64,000 bases of DNA from Bacteroidales bacterium (GCA_016926375.1 JAFGOR010000013.1:1658-65657), one strand, 5' to 3'; positions 36,131 through 45,557 are shown, numbered from the stretch's first letter. Notes: generated by a model not told the origin, from the sequence alone. Numbers and translations: made by a program.

Positions 36131-38239
36131 TTATTTCAATCCCCTTCTGATCAGCAAAGCATCAACTGAAGGATCCTGTCCACGGAATTTACGGTACTGC
36201 ACCATGCCGTCATCGTTGCCGCATTCAGCCAGACAATGTTTTCTGAATTTAGCCGCCAGTTCCGGATTATATACATTTCCCGATTCCTTGAAGGCCTGAA
36301 ATGCATCGGCGTCAAGCACTGCCGCCCAGATATATACATAATATCCTGCAGCATAGCCGCCATCAAAGATATGAGAAAAGTAGGTGCTGCGGTACCGGGG
36401 GAGGATCTCGCTGATCAGTCCGATTTTACTCATTGCCGTTTTTTCGAATTCTTCAGCCGAAATGGCCAGGGATGTTCCCAGCGTATGGTAATCCATATCG
36501 AGCAGCGAGGCAGCCAGGTATTCCACAGTTTCAAAACCCTGATTAAATTTACCGCTCTTTTGTATTTTGTCAACCAGTTCATCCGGAATTACGGCTCCGG
36601 TTTCATAATGCTTTGCATAAGCTTTCAGCACCTCGGGGTCGCCTGCAAAGTTTTCCATTACCTGGCTGGGTAATTCTACATAATCCTGTGGCACATTACC
36701 GGCAGTGCGGTAATACTTGCCCTGGGTAAACAAGGCATGCAGCCCGTGGCCGAATTCATGAAACAGGGTAGTCACTTCATCCCAGTTCAGTAATGCAGGT
36801 GTAGTGCCTGAAGGACGTGTGAAATTGCATACAAGGGAAACAACCGGGTCAATGCGTTTTTCACCTTCCTGAATGGCTGACCGGTAATCTGTACACCAGG
36901 CACCGGCATCTTTTCCGTCTCTCGGATGATAATCAAGATAAAGAATACCAACGGGTCTGCCATCAGCTTCCTTCACTTCAAATGTTTCCACGTCGTTCTT
37001 TTCGTATACAGGCAGGTCTGTCCTTTTGGTAAAGGTAACGCCATAAAGCTTGTTGGCAACCATGAACATACCGTCGCGCACATTTGACAAACTGAAATAG
37101 GGACGCAGGGAACTTTCATCAAGATCGAATTTCTCTTTTCTTACCTTTTCGGCATAGTACCACCAATCCCAGGGTTGCAGCTTGAAATTGCCACCTTCAC
37201 GGTCGATGATCTTCTGCATTTCTGCAACTTCCTTCTTTGAGTTGGCCAATGCCGGCTTCCATAAGTCCATTAAGAAATCATAAACATTAGCCGGGTTTTT
37301 GGCCATGTTTTCCTCAAGTACATAATCGGCATATGTTGCATAACCCAACAATTTTGATTTCTGTACACGCAGGTTGACTATTTTGGAAACGATTTCGTTG
37401 TTGTCGTTTTCATTTCCGTTGTCGCCGCGCATGAAATACGCCCTGTAAAGTTTCTCACGCAGCTCACGCTTTTCGGAGTACTGTAGGAAAGGGATCCAGC
37501 TGGGTTTGGAAAGGGTGAAAACCCATCCTTTTACACCGGCATTGGCAGCGGCATCAGCAGCAGCGGCAACCAAACCGGCAGGTAAGCCAGCCAGATTGGC
37601 TGAATCTTCAACCACCAGTTTGAAGTTCTTGTTGGTCTCAGCCAAAAGATTCTGCCCGAATGTAAGATTCAGCATGGACAATTCCGCATTGATTTTGCGC
37701 AGTTCTTCTTTCTTGTCTTCCGGTAGGTTTGCCCCCATCCGTTCAAAATCGCGGTAATACTTTTCAGTAACACGAATCTGCTGGGAATCCAGCTGCATAT
37801 CGTTCCGCTTATCATACACTGCTTTGATCCGCTGGAAGAGTTTCGCGTTCAGGGCAATGTCATCGCGATGTTTCGACATCAGCGGGTTGATATCCCGGGC
37901 AATAACCTGCATCTGCTCATTGGTGTTGGCACTGTTCAGGTTGTAAAAAACCTTAGCCACCCGGGTAAGCAATTCGCCCGAACGATCCAGAGCAAGAATC
38001 GTGTTTTCAAAAGTAGGCTCTTCCGGATTGCTGACTATTTTGTCGATTTCCAGGGAGTCTTGTTTCATACCTTCCAAAAACGCAGGCATGTAATGGGTGG
38101 TATCAATTTTATCGAACGGTGGAACTTCAAAAGGCGTATTGTAGGGAGTCAGGAAAGGATTTTCAGCCATTTTTTCTTTTTTGCAATTTGTGAATGCCAA
38201 AAATAACAAGGCTGCAAAAATAACAGGAATGTTTTTCAT
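36131..38239 (-). CDS. dcp: M3-family peptidyl-dipeptidase (Dcp-like), probable lipoprotein
   Basis: 702 aa. Lipobox-like LAFTNC, zinc motif HEFGHGLH and the downstream glutamate EVPS/ELPSQ region. Length and colinearity match Dcp/oligopeptidase A. Confidence 0.85.
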   Translation of the reverse strand: MKNIPVIFAALLFLAFTNCKKEKMAENPFLTPYNTPFEVPPFDKIDTTHYMPAFLEGMKQDSLEIDKIVSNPEEPTFENTILALDRSGELLTRVAKVFYNLNSANTNEQMQVIARDINPLMSKHRDDIALNAKLFQRIKAVYDKRNDMQLDSQQIRVTEKYYRDFERMGANLPEDKKEELRKINAELSMLNLTFGQNLLAETNKNFKLVVEDSANLAGLPAGLVAAAADAAANAGVKGWVFTLSKPSWIPFLQYSEKRELREKLYRAYFMRGDNGNENDNNEIVSKIVNLRVQKSKLLGYATYADYVLEENMAKNPANVYDFLMDLWKPALANSKKEVAEMQKIIDREGGNFKLQPWDWWYYAEKVRKEKFDLDESSLRPYFSLSNVRDGMFMVANKLYGVTFTKRTDLPVYEKNDVETFEVKEADGRPVGILYLDYHPRDGKDAGAWCTDYRSAIQEGEKRIDPVVSLVCNFTRPSGTTPALLNWDEVTTLFHEFGHGLHALFTQGKYYRTAGNVPQDYVELPSQVMENFAGDPEVLKAYAKHYETGAVIPDELVDKIQKSGKFNQGFETVEYLAASLLDMDYHTLGTSLAISAEEFEKTAMSKIGLISEILPRYRSTYFSHIFDGGYAAGYYVYIWAAVLDADAFQAFKESGNVYNPELAAKFRKHCLAECGNDDGMVQYRKFRGQDPSVDALLIRRGLK

Positions 38240-38352
38240 AGGAATAATAATAATGTTTTTAATCAGTCGCTAATTATTAAACCTGCAATATATCACGAAA
38301 AATAACACCAATCAATGACAAATATTGGTTTTTTTAAGACTGAATAATACAC

Positions 38353-39624
38353 TCATTCAACTGATATCATCCCTGCAGCTACTGTTTCATTCGTTCCCTC
38401 ATCAATAAGAATAATGCTTCCGGTGATGTTGTTTTGGGCATACGGATCATAAATCAGCGCAGATGAAGTTCTTACCATTACATGGGCAATATCATTCATG
38501 TAAACGGTCAGATCGTCCCTGGTTTCTTCGAGGTTGTTGATGTTCATTTTATAATCAACTGTTTTAACCAGGCAGGTGGTTTCATTGCTGTAATTGCGAA
38601 TTCTGTAACGATTACCGGCTTTCATGGGCTTTTCATTGAACCAGCATAACATCAGGCTGATGTCCTGGCCTATCCGGGGCATGTTGTCTTTAACCAGGAT
38701 GTTACCCCGGCTGACATCAATCTGATCCTGCAGGGTTATGGTAACTGAATCTCCAGTTGAAGCTTCTGGTAGCGCTCCATTGTACACATCAATGCTTTTG
38801 ATGCTCGATTTGTGCATCGACGGAAGCACAACCACTTCATCGCCTGGTTTGAAACTACCACCGGCAACTCTGCCTGCATATCCCCGGTAATCATGATGAG
38901 CTTCAGAAAGCGGGCGTATTACGGTTTGCACCGGAAAGCGCGCTTCAAACACACTTTTGTCTTTTTTGATCTCCAGGTCTTCCAACAACTCAAGAAATGT
39001 TTTTCCCTTGTACCAGGGCATGTTTTCTGAAGGGGTCACCACATTGTCCCCAACCCGGGCGCTGATGGGAATGTAACGGGCATCTTCAACCATCAGCTTA
39101 CCAGACAGAGAAACAAGTTCGGTTCTGATTGCATTAAAGACGGTTTCCGAGTATTCCACCAGGTCCATTTTATTTATGCAAAAAATAAGGTGCCTGATAT
39201 CCAGCAGCCTGGCTATATATGAATGTCGCATGGTTTGTTCTAGCAAGCCCTTTCTGGCATCAACAAGAATTACGGCCACATCGGCAGTGCTGGCACCGGT
39301 TACCATATTGCGGGTGTATTGGATGTGCCCGGGTGTATCGGCAATGATAAATTTGCGTTTGGGTGTGGCAAAATACCTGTAAGCCACATCAATGGTAATT
39401 CCCTGTTCCCTTTCGGCACGCAGTCCGTCTGTAAGCAGCGAGAGATCAACATCCTCTTTTCCCAGGCGCTTGCTCGATTGAACAATGTGCTCCATCTGGT
39501 CTTCAAAGATGGATTTACTGTCGTACAACAGCCTGCCGATCAAGGTGCTTTTACCGTCATCAACACTGCCCGCGGTAGTGAACCGGAGCAGGCTTTTATA
39601 CATCTTTTTTCCGTTTGTATTCAT
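38353..39624 (-). CDS. cysN: Sulfate adenylyltransferase subunit 1 (GTPase), without a fused APS-kinase domain
   Basis: 423 aa. G1 motif AGSVDDGKSTLIGRLL, then DTPGH and NKMDL. The length leaves no room for a CysC domain. Confidence 0.9.
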   Translation of the reverse strand: MNTNGKKMYKSLLRFTTAGSVDDGKSTLIGRLLYDSKSIFEDQMEHIVQSSKRLGKEDVDLSLLTDGLRAEREQGITIDVAYRYFATPKRKFIIADTPGHIQYTRNMVTGASTADVAVILVDARKGLLEQTMRHSYIARLLDIRHLIFCINKMDLVEYSETVFNAIRTELVSLSGKLMVEDARYIPISARVGDNVVTPSENMPWYKGKTFLELLEDLEIKKDKSVFEARFPVQTVIRPLSEAHHDYRGYAGRVAGGSFKPGDEVVVLPSMHKSSIKSIDVYNGALPEASTGDSVTITLQDQIDVSRGNILVKDNMPRIGQDISLMLCWFNEKPMKAGNRYRIRNYSNETTCLVKTVDYKMNINNLEETRDDLTVYMNDIAHVMVRTSSALIYDPYAQNNITGSIILIDEGTNETVAAGMISVE

Positions 39625-39672
39625 GAGTGGCTTCTGATTATCTATTTTTTACCAACTAAAAATCAAATGATT

Positions 39673-40587
39673 CTAAAAGTAACCTTCTTTTTTCCGGTCT
39701 TCCATGGCAGCTTCCGATCTGCGGTCGTCATACCGGCCACCCCGCTCTGTTACACGGGTAGCAGCAATCTCCGTTATAATTTCGTGAAGCGACTCTGCTT
39801 TCGACAACGTAACGCCGGTGCAGGTGATGTCTCCGATTGTCCGGCACCGCACGTCGGTTTCAAAAACCTCTTCATCTGCCTTGAGCTGCATAAAAGGAGC
39901 CCATGCCAGGTAGATTCCGTTTCTGTGGAATATTTTCCTGCGGTGCGTGTAATACAACATGGGAAGTTGAATATTTTCATGGAGTATATACTGCCATACG
40001 TCCAACTCAGTCCAGTTGCTGATTGGAAACACCCTGAAATGCTCCCCGAATTTTTTGTGACCGTTAAATATGTTCCAGAGTTCGGGCCGCTGATTTTTGG
40101 GATCCCATTGTCCGAATTCATTGCGATGAGAAAAAAAGCGCTCTTTGGCCCGGGCCTTTTCCTCGTCACGCCTGCCACCTCCAATGGCCACATCAATTCC
40201 CAACTCTTCAATGGCATCCAGAAGGGTTACTGACTGCGCTTTGTTGCGGCTTGCATTAATGCCTGTTTCTTCGGATACCCTTCCCTGATCAATGGAATCC
40301 TGAACTTTCCGCACAATCAGCTCAACACCAAGTTCTTCTGCCAGCCGATCCCGGAAATCAAGGGTTTCCTCAAAATTGTGCCCCGTATCAATATGCATCA
40401 GGCTGAAAGGCATTTTGGCCGGCCAGAATGCTTTTCGGGCAAGGTGAACCAACACTATCGAGTCTTTTCCGCCTGAGAATAAAATTACTTTTTTCTCAAA
40501 CAAGGCAGCTACTTCGCGCATTACATAGATTGCTTCGTCCTCAAGTTCCCTAAGATGCTCGTTGTTAATTTTTAATGCACTGTTCAT
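39673..40587 (-). CDS. cysD: Sulfate adenylyltransferase subunit 2
   Basis: 304 aa. LRELEDEAIYVMREV, FSGGKDS (PP-loop), SLMHIDTGHNF and a C-terminal MEDRKKEGYF. Confidence 0.9.
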   Translation of the reverse strand: MNSALKINNEHLRELEDEAIYVMREVAALFEKKVILFSGGKDSIVLVHLARKAFWPAKMPFSLMHIDTGHNFEETLDFRDRLAEELGVELIVRKVQDSIDQGRVSEETGINASRNKAQSVTLLDAIEELGIDVAIGGGRRDEEKARAKERFFSHRNEFGQWDPKNQRPELWNIFNGHKKFGEHFRVFPISNWTELDVWQYILHENIQLPMLYYTHRRKIFHRNGIYLAWAPFMQLKADEEVFETDVRCRTIGDITCTGVTLSKAESLHEIITEIAATRVTERGGRYDDRRSEAAMEDRKKEGYF

Positions 40588-40604
40588 ATTTTAAGTATCC
40601 TTTC

Positions 40605-41294
40605 TTATTTCAAATGTAATCCACACTCTTTCTTCCCATCGGTTTCCCACCACCACCGGCCTGAACGGAAATCAGCTCCGGCCTGTACAGCCCTTGAACA
40701 GGGCTGACAGCCAATGCTTTTGAAGCCCTTATCATGTAGTGTATTGTAGGGAATGTTGTTTTCCCTGATGAAATCTTCAACCTGAGCAAACGACCAGTTG
40801 AAAAGCGGATAGAATTTGTAAAGCTTCCTGGCGTCATCAAACTCCAGGGTTTTCATCTGGCTCCTGCTATCCGACTGGTCTGACCTAATCCCTGAAATCC
40901 AGCACGATTTATCCTGCAAAGCTCTGTTCAATGGAATCACCTTCCTGATGTGGCAACATTCCAGGCGGTTTTCTTTTGAATGGTAAAAGCTGAACGGGCC
41001 CTTTTCAGTTACCATTTTCTCCACCTCTTTGTGTTGGGGAAAATAAATGCTGATCTTTTTCTGATACCTGCTGATCGTTTCGCCGAAAACCTTGTAGGTT
41101 TCAGGAAAGAGCCTTCCGGTATCAAGTGTGACCACTTCAACCGGAATGTCGTTTTCAAAAATCAGGTGTGTGATTACCTGATCTTCCATGCCAAAGCTTG
41201 TTGTGAAAACCACCTTTCCGGGGAATCTGGCTGCCAGAATTTCCAGTTGCTCCTTTACCGTTTTATCCTGTATTGTGTTTGTCAAATCATCCAT
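40605..41294 (-). CDS. cysH: Adenylylsulfate (APS)/PAPS reductase, thioredoxin-dependent, Fe-S type
   Basis: 229 aa. It has a C-terminal ECGLH motif plus a CC pair (RLECCHIRK) and a CxxC motif (SIGCQPCSRAV), as in Fe-S-containing APS reductases. Confidence 0.85.
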   Translation of the reverse strand: MDDLTNTIQDKTVKEQLEILAARFPGKVVFTTSFGMEDQVITHLIFENDIPVEVVTLDTGRLFPETYKVFGETISRYQKKISIYFPQHKEVEKMVTEKGPFSFYHSKENRLECCHIRKVIPLNRALQDKSCWISGIRSDQSDSRSQMKTLEFDDARKLYKFYPLFNWSFAQVEDFIRENNIPYNTLHDKGFKSIGCQPCSRAVQAGADFRSGRWWWETDGKKECGLHLK

Positions 41295-41341
41295 TTGTGT
41301 TCATTATGAATCTGTTAATACTTTTTTGCATGTTGCCTGTT

Positions 41342-42184
41342 TCAACTGAAACTTCCTGATAAATATTCTTTGGTAAGCTGCTTGGTTGGGTGATTGAAAA
41401 ACTGTTCGGTGGTTCCGGCTTCGATTACTTTACCCATGTACATAAAAACAACATAATCAGCAATGCGTCGTGCCTGTCGTAAGGTATGCGTAACCAAAAC
41501 CACTGTATATTTCTCCTTCAGTTTAAGAAATAATTCCTCAATCTTTTTTGTGGAAATGGGATCCAGGGCAGAAGTTGCTTCATCGCCAAGAATAAAGTGG
41601 GGTTCAACGGCAAGTCCCCTTGCCAGGCATAAACGTTGCTGTTGCCCTATTGAAAGTCTTGAAGCCGGCGTCCGTATCCTTCCCTTTACTTCTTCCCACA
41701 ACCCCACATATTGCAGGTATTGAATAACCATTTGATTGAGCGATTTGCGTTTTCTCAACCCGTGAATTTTGGGACCAAAGGCTACGTTGTCGTAAATTGA
41801 CATGGGTAACGGACAGGGCCGCTGGGCAAGCAATCCCATTTTCTTCCGGGTGTCAATCACATTGGTTTTGGAATCATAAATATTCAGGCCATCAACCACT
41901 ACCCTGCCCGTAACTTTTACTTCAGGTGTCTCATCATGCATCCGGTTGAAGGTTTTCAACAGGGTAGATTTGCCGCAACCTGATGGACCAATGATACAGG
42001 TGATGCTTTTTTCCGGTATCCTGAGATCAATATCCTTCAGGATATGCTGATTGTCAATGAATACATTCAGCTTATCGGTTTGCAGGGAATAGTTTTGCGT
42101 TTGCCTGTTGATCACCCCCTCATGCAAAGCTTTTGAAAAGAGTAGTTCCTGTGTGATTTCTAAAGGGAAGTTGGCTGTTCTCAT
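41342..42184 (-). CDS. PstB-like ABC transporter ATP-binding protein (divergent)
   Basis: 280 aa. GPSGCGKSTLLKTFNRM, PMSIYDNVAFG, LSIGQQQRLCLARGLA, ILGDEATSALDPIST and VVLVTHTLRQA are colinear with E. coli PstB. It has an atypical Walker B and a ~30-aa N-terminal extension. It overlaps the upstream permease gene by 4 nt. Confidence 0.8.
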   Translation of the reverse strand: MRTANFPLEITQELLFSKALHEGVINRQTQNYSLQTDKLNVFIDNQHILKDIDLRIPEKSITCIIGPSGCGKSTLLKTFNRMHDETPEVKVTGRVVVDGLNIYDSKTNVIDTRKKMGLLAQRPCPLPMSIYDNVAFGPKIHGLRKRKSLNQMVIQYLQYVGLWEEVKGRIRTPASRLSIGQQQRLCLARGLAVEPHFILGDEATSALDPISTKKIEELFLKLKEKYTVVLVTHTLRQARRIADYVVFMYMGKVIEAGTTEQFFNHPTKQLTKEYLSGSFS

Positions 42185-43026
42185 ATTTTTGATTTTGAGT
42201 ATCTGGAACTGAAAAAGCGTGCTGAAAAACTCAGCAATAAAATGATAACTGTAAGAATAACTGCCGATGCATAAGCCCTGTTTTGTACCTCCTCAACCGG
42301 ACTTCCCAGCTGGAAAAATATGGCTAAGGGCAAGGTAGCAACTGGCTGATTCAGAGATTGAGGTATGTTGTCGGTGAAACCGGCGGTAAACAATACTGTA
42401 GCTGCGTCACCAATACCTCTGCCAACGGCCAGAAGCACAGCAGTCATTAACCCGGGCATGATTTGCCGGGTAATCACCCGGATCATTTCGAGTTTGGTGG
42501 CGCCAAGCGATAGCAATGCATCGGGGAGATCGCGTGACTGAAGCCTGGCCACTTCATCAAGCGACCGCATCATAATGGGTGTAATGAGCATGGCAATGGT
42601 GATGATTCCACCCATCAGAGAAGCTCTTACACCCAGGTAAACCATCAGGGCAAAACCAAATGCCCCATAAACTATTGAAGGAATTCCGAATAGTATGTCA
42701 AAAGAGAACCTGACTACAGAGGCAAACCATGATTTTTTGGGCAGGTAAAAGTTGATGTACATAACCACTGGAATGCTCATAAATAAGCTTAAAACCAATG
42801 ACCCTGCAACAATATATATTGAACCGACAATGGCATTGAGCACTCCCCCCTCCTTTCCCAGGTAAAAACCGCCACCCGGCAATTTTGTTACCATGTCCCA
42901 GGTGAGTGAAGGCAGACCTTTATATACAATGGTGCCGATAATCATCAGCAAAACACCAGCTATAGCAAGTGTTGATGCAATCATCAACGCTTTAAAGAAA
43001 GTCTCTTCGATATTTTTCAACTTCAT
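42181..43026 (-). CDS. PstA-like ABC transporter permease
   Basis: 281 aa, 6 TM helices. The EAA-like loop is ALLSLGATKLEMIRVITRQIMPG. Confidence 0.75.
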   Translation of the reverse strand: MKLKNIEETFFKALMIASTLAIAGVLLMIIGTIVYKGLPSLTWDMVTKLPGGGFYLGKEGGVLNAIVGSIYIVAGSLVLSLFMSIPVVMYINFYLPKKSWFASVVRFSFDILFGIPSIVYGAFGFALMVYLGVRASLMGGIITIAMLITPIMMRSLDEVARLQSRDLPDALLSLGATKLEMIRVITRQIMPGLMTAVLLAVGRGIGDAATVLFTAGFTDNIPQSLNQPVATLPLAIFFQLGSPVEEVQNRAYASAVILTVIILLLSFSARFFSSRYSKSKI

Positions 43027-43048
43027 TTTTACCTTTATTAATTACTTG

Positions 43049-43945
43049 TTATAAATGGTATCTTCTTTCGATCTGCACCAGCGTGAGTCGCGACAAAGCA
43101 TTGAATACCAAAACAATAATGAATAATAGAAAGGCAGCCAGCATCAGGGCTGATTCGTATGAGGGCATCGACATCATTTCGCCATAATTATTGGCAATAA
43201 GTGCGGGCAACGGATAACAGGCATCAAATAACCCGCTGGGCATTTGGGTAATATTGCCGCATACCATCAGTACAGCAATTGTTTCGCCAAACGCACGGGA
43301 AACCGAGAGTACCACAGCAGCCATAATTCCCGGAAAAGATTTACGCAGCAATACCTGCTTTACTGTTTGCCATTTGGTTGCCCCAAGTTGCAGCGATGCA
43401 TCAGTCATTTCCCGCGGAATAGATTGAAATACCTCTACCAGGATGCTGATCAGCAAAGGCAGAATCATTACCGCCAGTACAACACCACCGGCCAGCATGC
43501 TGTAACCCGATGAAAACTCAATAAAATGAGGGGCAATATGGTTGGCAATAAGAGGCACAATTGCCAGTGTGCCCCACACACCATAGATGACTGAGGGTAT
43601 ACCTGAAAGCACGTCAATGAATGGCTGGAACATCTTCCTGACCTTGCCCGAAGCATAGGTATTCAGGTATACGCTGGCCAGCAACGACAACGGAAGTGCT
43701 ATTGCAATTGCAATCAGTGATACATAAAGAGTACTCAGAATAAAGGGAAGGAATCCGAATTCATTTTTTAATGGTCGCCAATCAGATGACGTAAGCAGGG
43801 TTATCATGCCTTTTTCCCGAATAATGGGTAAGGCTTTTATTAACAAGCTGATGCCGATAACCACAAGCAGTACAAGGGCAAAAATGGCCAGTCCCAGCAT
43901 CACGTAGCGGGCAGTTCTTTCCTTTATTGCTCTTATTTGCTTCAT
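43049..43945 (-). CDS. PstC-like ABC transporter permease
   Basis: 298 aa, 6 TM helices. The EAA-like loop is ASLQLGATKWQTVKQVLLRKSFPG. Confidence 0.75.
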   Translation of the reverse strand: MKQIRAIKERTARYVMLGLAIFALVLLVVIGISLLIKALPIIREKGMITLLTSSDWRPLKNEFGFLPFILSTLYVSLIAIAIALPLSLLASVYLNTYASGKVRKMFQPFIDVLSGIPSVIYGVWGTLAIVPLIANHIAPHFIEFSSGYSMLAGGVVLAVMILPLLISILVEVFQSIPREMTDASLQLGATKWQTVKQVLLRKSFPGIMAAVVLSVSRAFGETIAVLMVCGNITQMPSGLFDACYPLPALIANNYGEMMSMPSYESALMLAAFLLFIIVLVFNALSRLTLVQIERRYHL

Positions 43946-43947
43946 TT

Positions 43948-44901
43948 TCAGTAATTGATTTTTTTAATTTCGCTGCCAATCTTTTCTTTCGACAGCTCAA
44001 TATAGCCCGCTTCAGAAACAAATTTCTGTCCCCCGGTCAGCACCCACCTGATAAATTCGGAAATCAGTTTATAGCTTCCCGGATTGCCTTTTGTAACGAA
44101 ATAAAGTTCGCGTGCCGGCGGAGAAGGATATTGGCCGGCAGCAATGGCTGCAATAAGATCATTCAATGAATTGTAAAAATTTTCATTCGCATCGATCTTT
44201 CCGTTGCCGTTCAAATCAACCGGGAATACGCTTATTCCTTTAATCGGCAGGCGGGTTTTGGCATCATATACATAACCAATATTACTGAATCCGATGCCCA
44301 GGGGATCCTTTTTCACTGCCATGGCTAACCCGGGGTCACCAAACACCCCAACGCCCAGGAGATCTTCCTGATTTTTTCCGAAATATTTGGCCCACATTTC
44401 TGCGGCTCCACATGCGTCGGATCGGGTATAAACATGAAGTGGCAAGTTTGATTTATTGGCAAAGGCTTGTCCCCACGATTTTACGCTGCCGGTAATCCAG
44501 ATGTTGTTGGCCGCATTCCGGCTCAATCCTCTGGCAAGTATCTCATTGATGGCAGGGTTTTGATCACTGATTATTGCCACAACGGCATCCCGGGTAACAG
44601 TAATCGCGTAAGCACCTTTTTTAATCTCTTCTGCACCTATTTCGCGGGAAGCCATTCCGATATCAACCATTCCGTTCAACACGTCAGTAATACCTTTACC
44701 CGCACCACCGGCAGAAATGTCAATACGTACATCGGGATGCAGTTTCCGGAATTCTTCGGCCCACCTGATGGTCAAGGGATAAAGTGCAAAAGCCCCCGAT
44801 ATGCTGATCTGGCCTTTGAGCCTTTCCTGGGCAAAGGAATTACCAAGGAAACAGAATAAGAAAAGTGCAGTTAAAAGCTTTGTCAGATGGTCTCTCATCA
44901 T
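43948..44901 (-). CDS. PstS-family (PBP_like_2) periplasmic anion-binding protein
   Basis: Start preferred at MMRDHL (44901), which gives the signal peptide LLTALFLFCFLGNSFAQ. It contains ISGAFALYPLTIRWAEEF, ISAGGAGKGI and VDIGMASRE motifs, and an EF-hand-like DLNGNGKIDANE segment. Confidence 0.75.
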   Translation of the reverse strand: MMRDHLTKLLTALFLFCFLGNSFAQERLKGQISISGAFALYPLTIRWAEEFRKLHPDVRIDISAGGAGKGITDVLNGMVDIGMASREIGAEEIKKGAYAITVTRDAVVAIISDQNPAINEILARGLSRNAANNIWITGSVKSWGQAFANKSNLPLHVYTRSDACGAAEMWAKYFGKNQEDLLGVGVFGDPGLAMAVKKDPLGIGFSNIGYVYDAKTRLPIKGISVFPVDLNGNGKIDANENFYNSLNDLIAAIAAGQYPSPPARELYFVTKGNPGSYKLISEFIRWVLTGGQKFVSEAGYIELSKEKIGSEIKKINY

Positions 44902-45131
44902 TAGTTTTGTTTTTCCCCAAACTGAAAAAAGGCTGATAGACAATTTCATATTATTGTCAGGCAGCATGTTATGCAATCATAGGGTTGTATTCTGCATTCG
45001 GTTTTATACTTCATATAATGTCTACCGATTTAGTGTACGAAAATAAACCAAAGACTGCACGTGGATTACAGCATTTCAGCTGAAAATGTGTAGGTATAAA
45101 TACGTATATTTGTATTCAAACCAGAAATGCT

Positions 45132-45557
45132 GTGATACTTTCGAAAAAAACCAGGTATGCCATAGTTGCGCTTACCCGGCTGGCCCGGGAATTTGGCAAT
45201 GGTCCTATACAAATTAAAGACATCGCAGAGAAGGAGCAAATTCCGCAGCGGTTTCTTGAAGGTATTTTACTGGAACTTCGTAAGAAGGGAATCCTGGGGA
45301 GTAAACTGGGTAAAGAAGGCGGGTATTTTTTGCTGAAGAAGCCTGCAGAGGTAACTTTATCCGAAATTATCGGGCACTTTGAAGGTACAGTATCGTTATT
45401 GTACTGCGCATGTGAAAAATCATACAGGCCCTGTGAGTTTTGCAAGGATGAGGGAATCTGCACAATTCGAAGCGTAATCAGGGAAGTCCATGATGCCACG
45501 CAACACATACTGAACAAGGCTTCTTTGGAAACGCTGATCAATGATGCTGCTGAATAG
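45132..45557 (+). CDS. Rrf2-family transcriptional regulator with a Cys-rich (probable Fe-S) C-terminal half
   Basis: 141 aa with a GTG start. SKKTRYAIVALTRLA...IKDIAEKEQIPQRFLEGILLELRKKGILGS is the Rrf2 winged helix. The cysteine cluster is LLYCACEKSYRPCEFCKDEGIC. Confidence 0.85.
   Translation: MILSKKTRYAIVALTRLAREFGNGPIQIKDIAEKEQIPQRFLEGILLELRKKGILGSKLGKEGGYFLLKKPAEVTLSEIIGHFEGTVSLLYCACEKSYRPCEFCKDEGICTIRSVIREVHDATQHILNKASLETLINDAAE

Noticed and set aside
39319-40233. 304-aa plus-strand ORF spanning the cysN/cysD junction
   Set aside because: It lies antisense to two well-supported genes, has no recognisable motifs, crosses their intergenic gap, and has a composition typical of shadow frames.
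45116-45541. 141-aa minus-strand ORF that almost exactly mirrors the Rrf2 gene
   Set aside because: The plus-strand frame has an unmistakable Rrf2 winged-helix signature. The antisense frame is low-complexity (Ser/Leu/Pro-rich) and is a shadow ORF.
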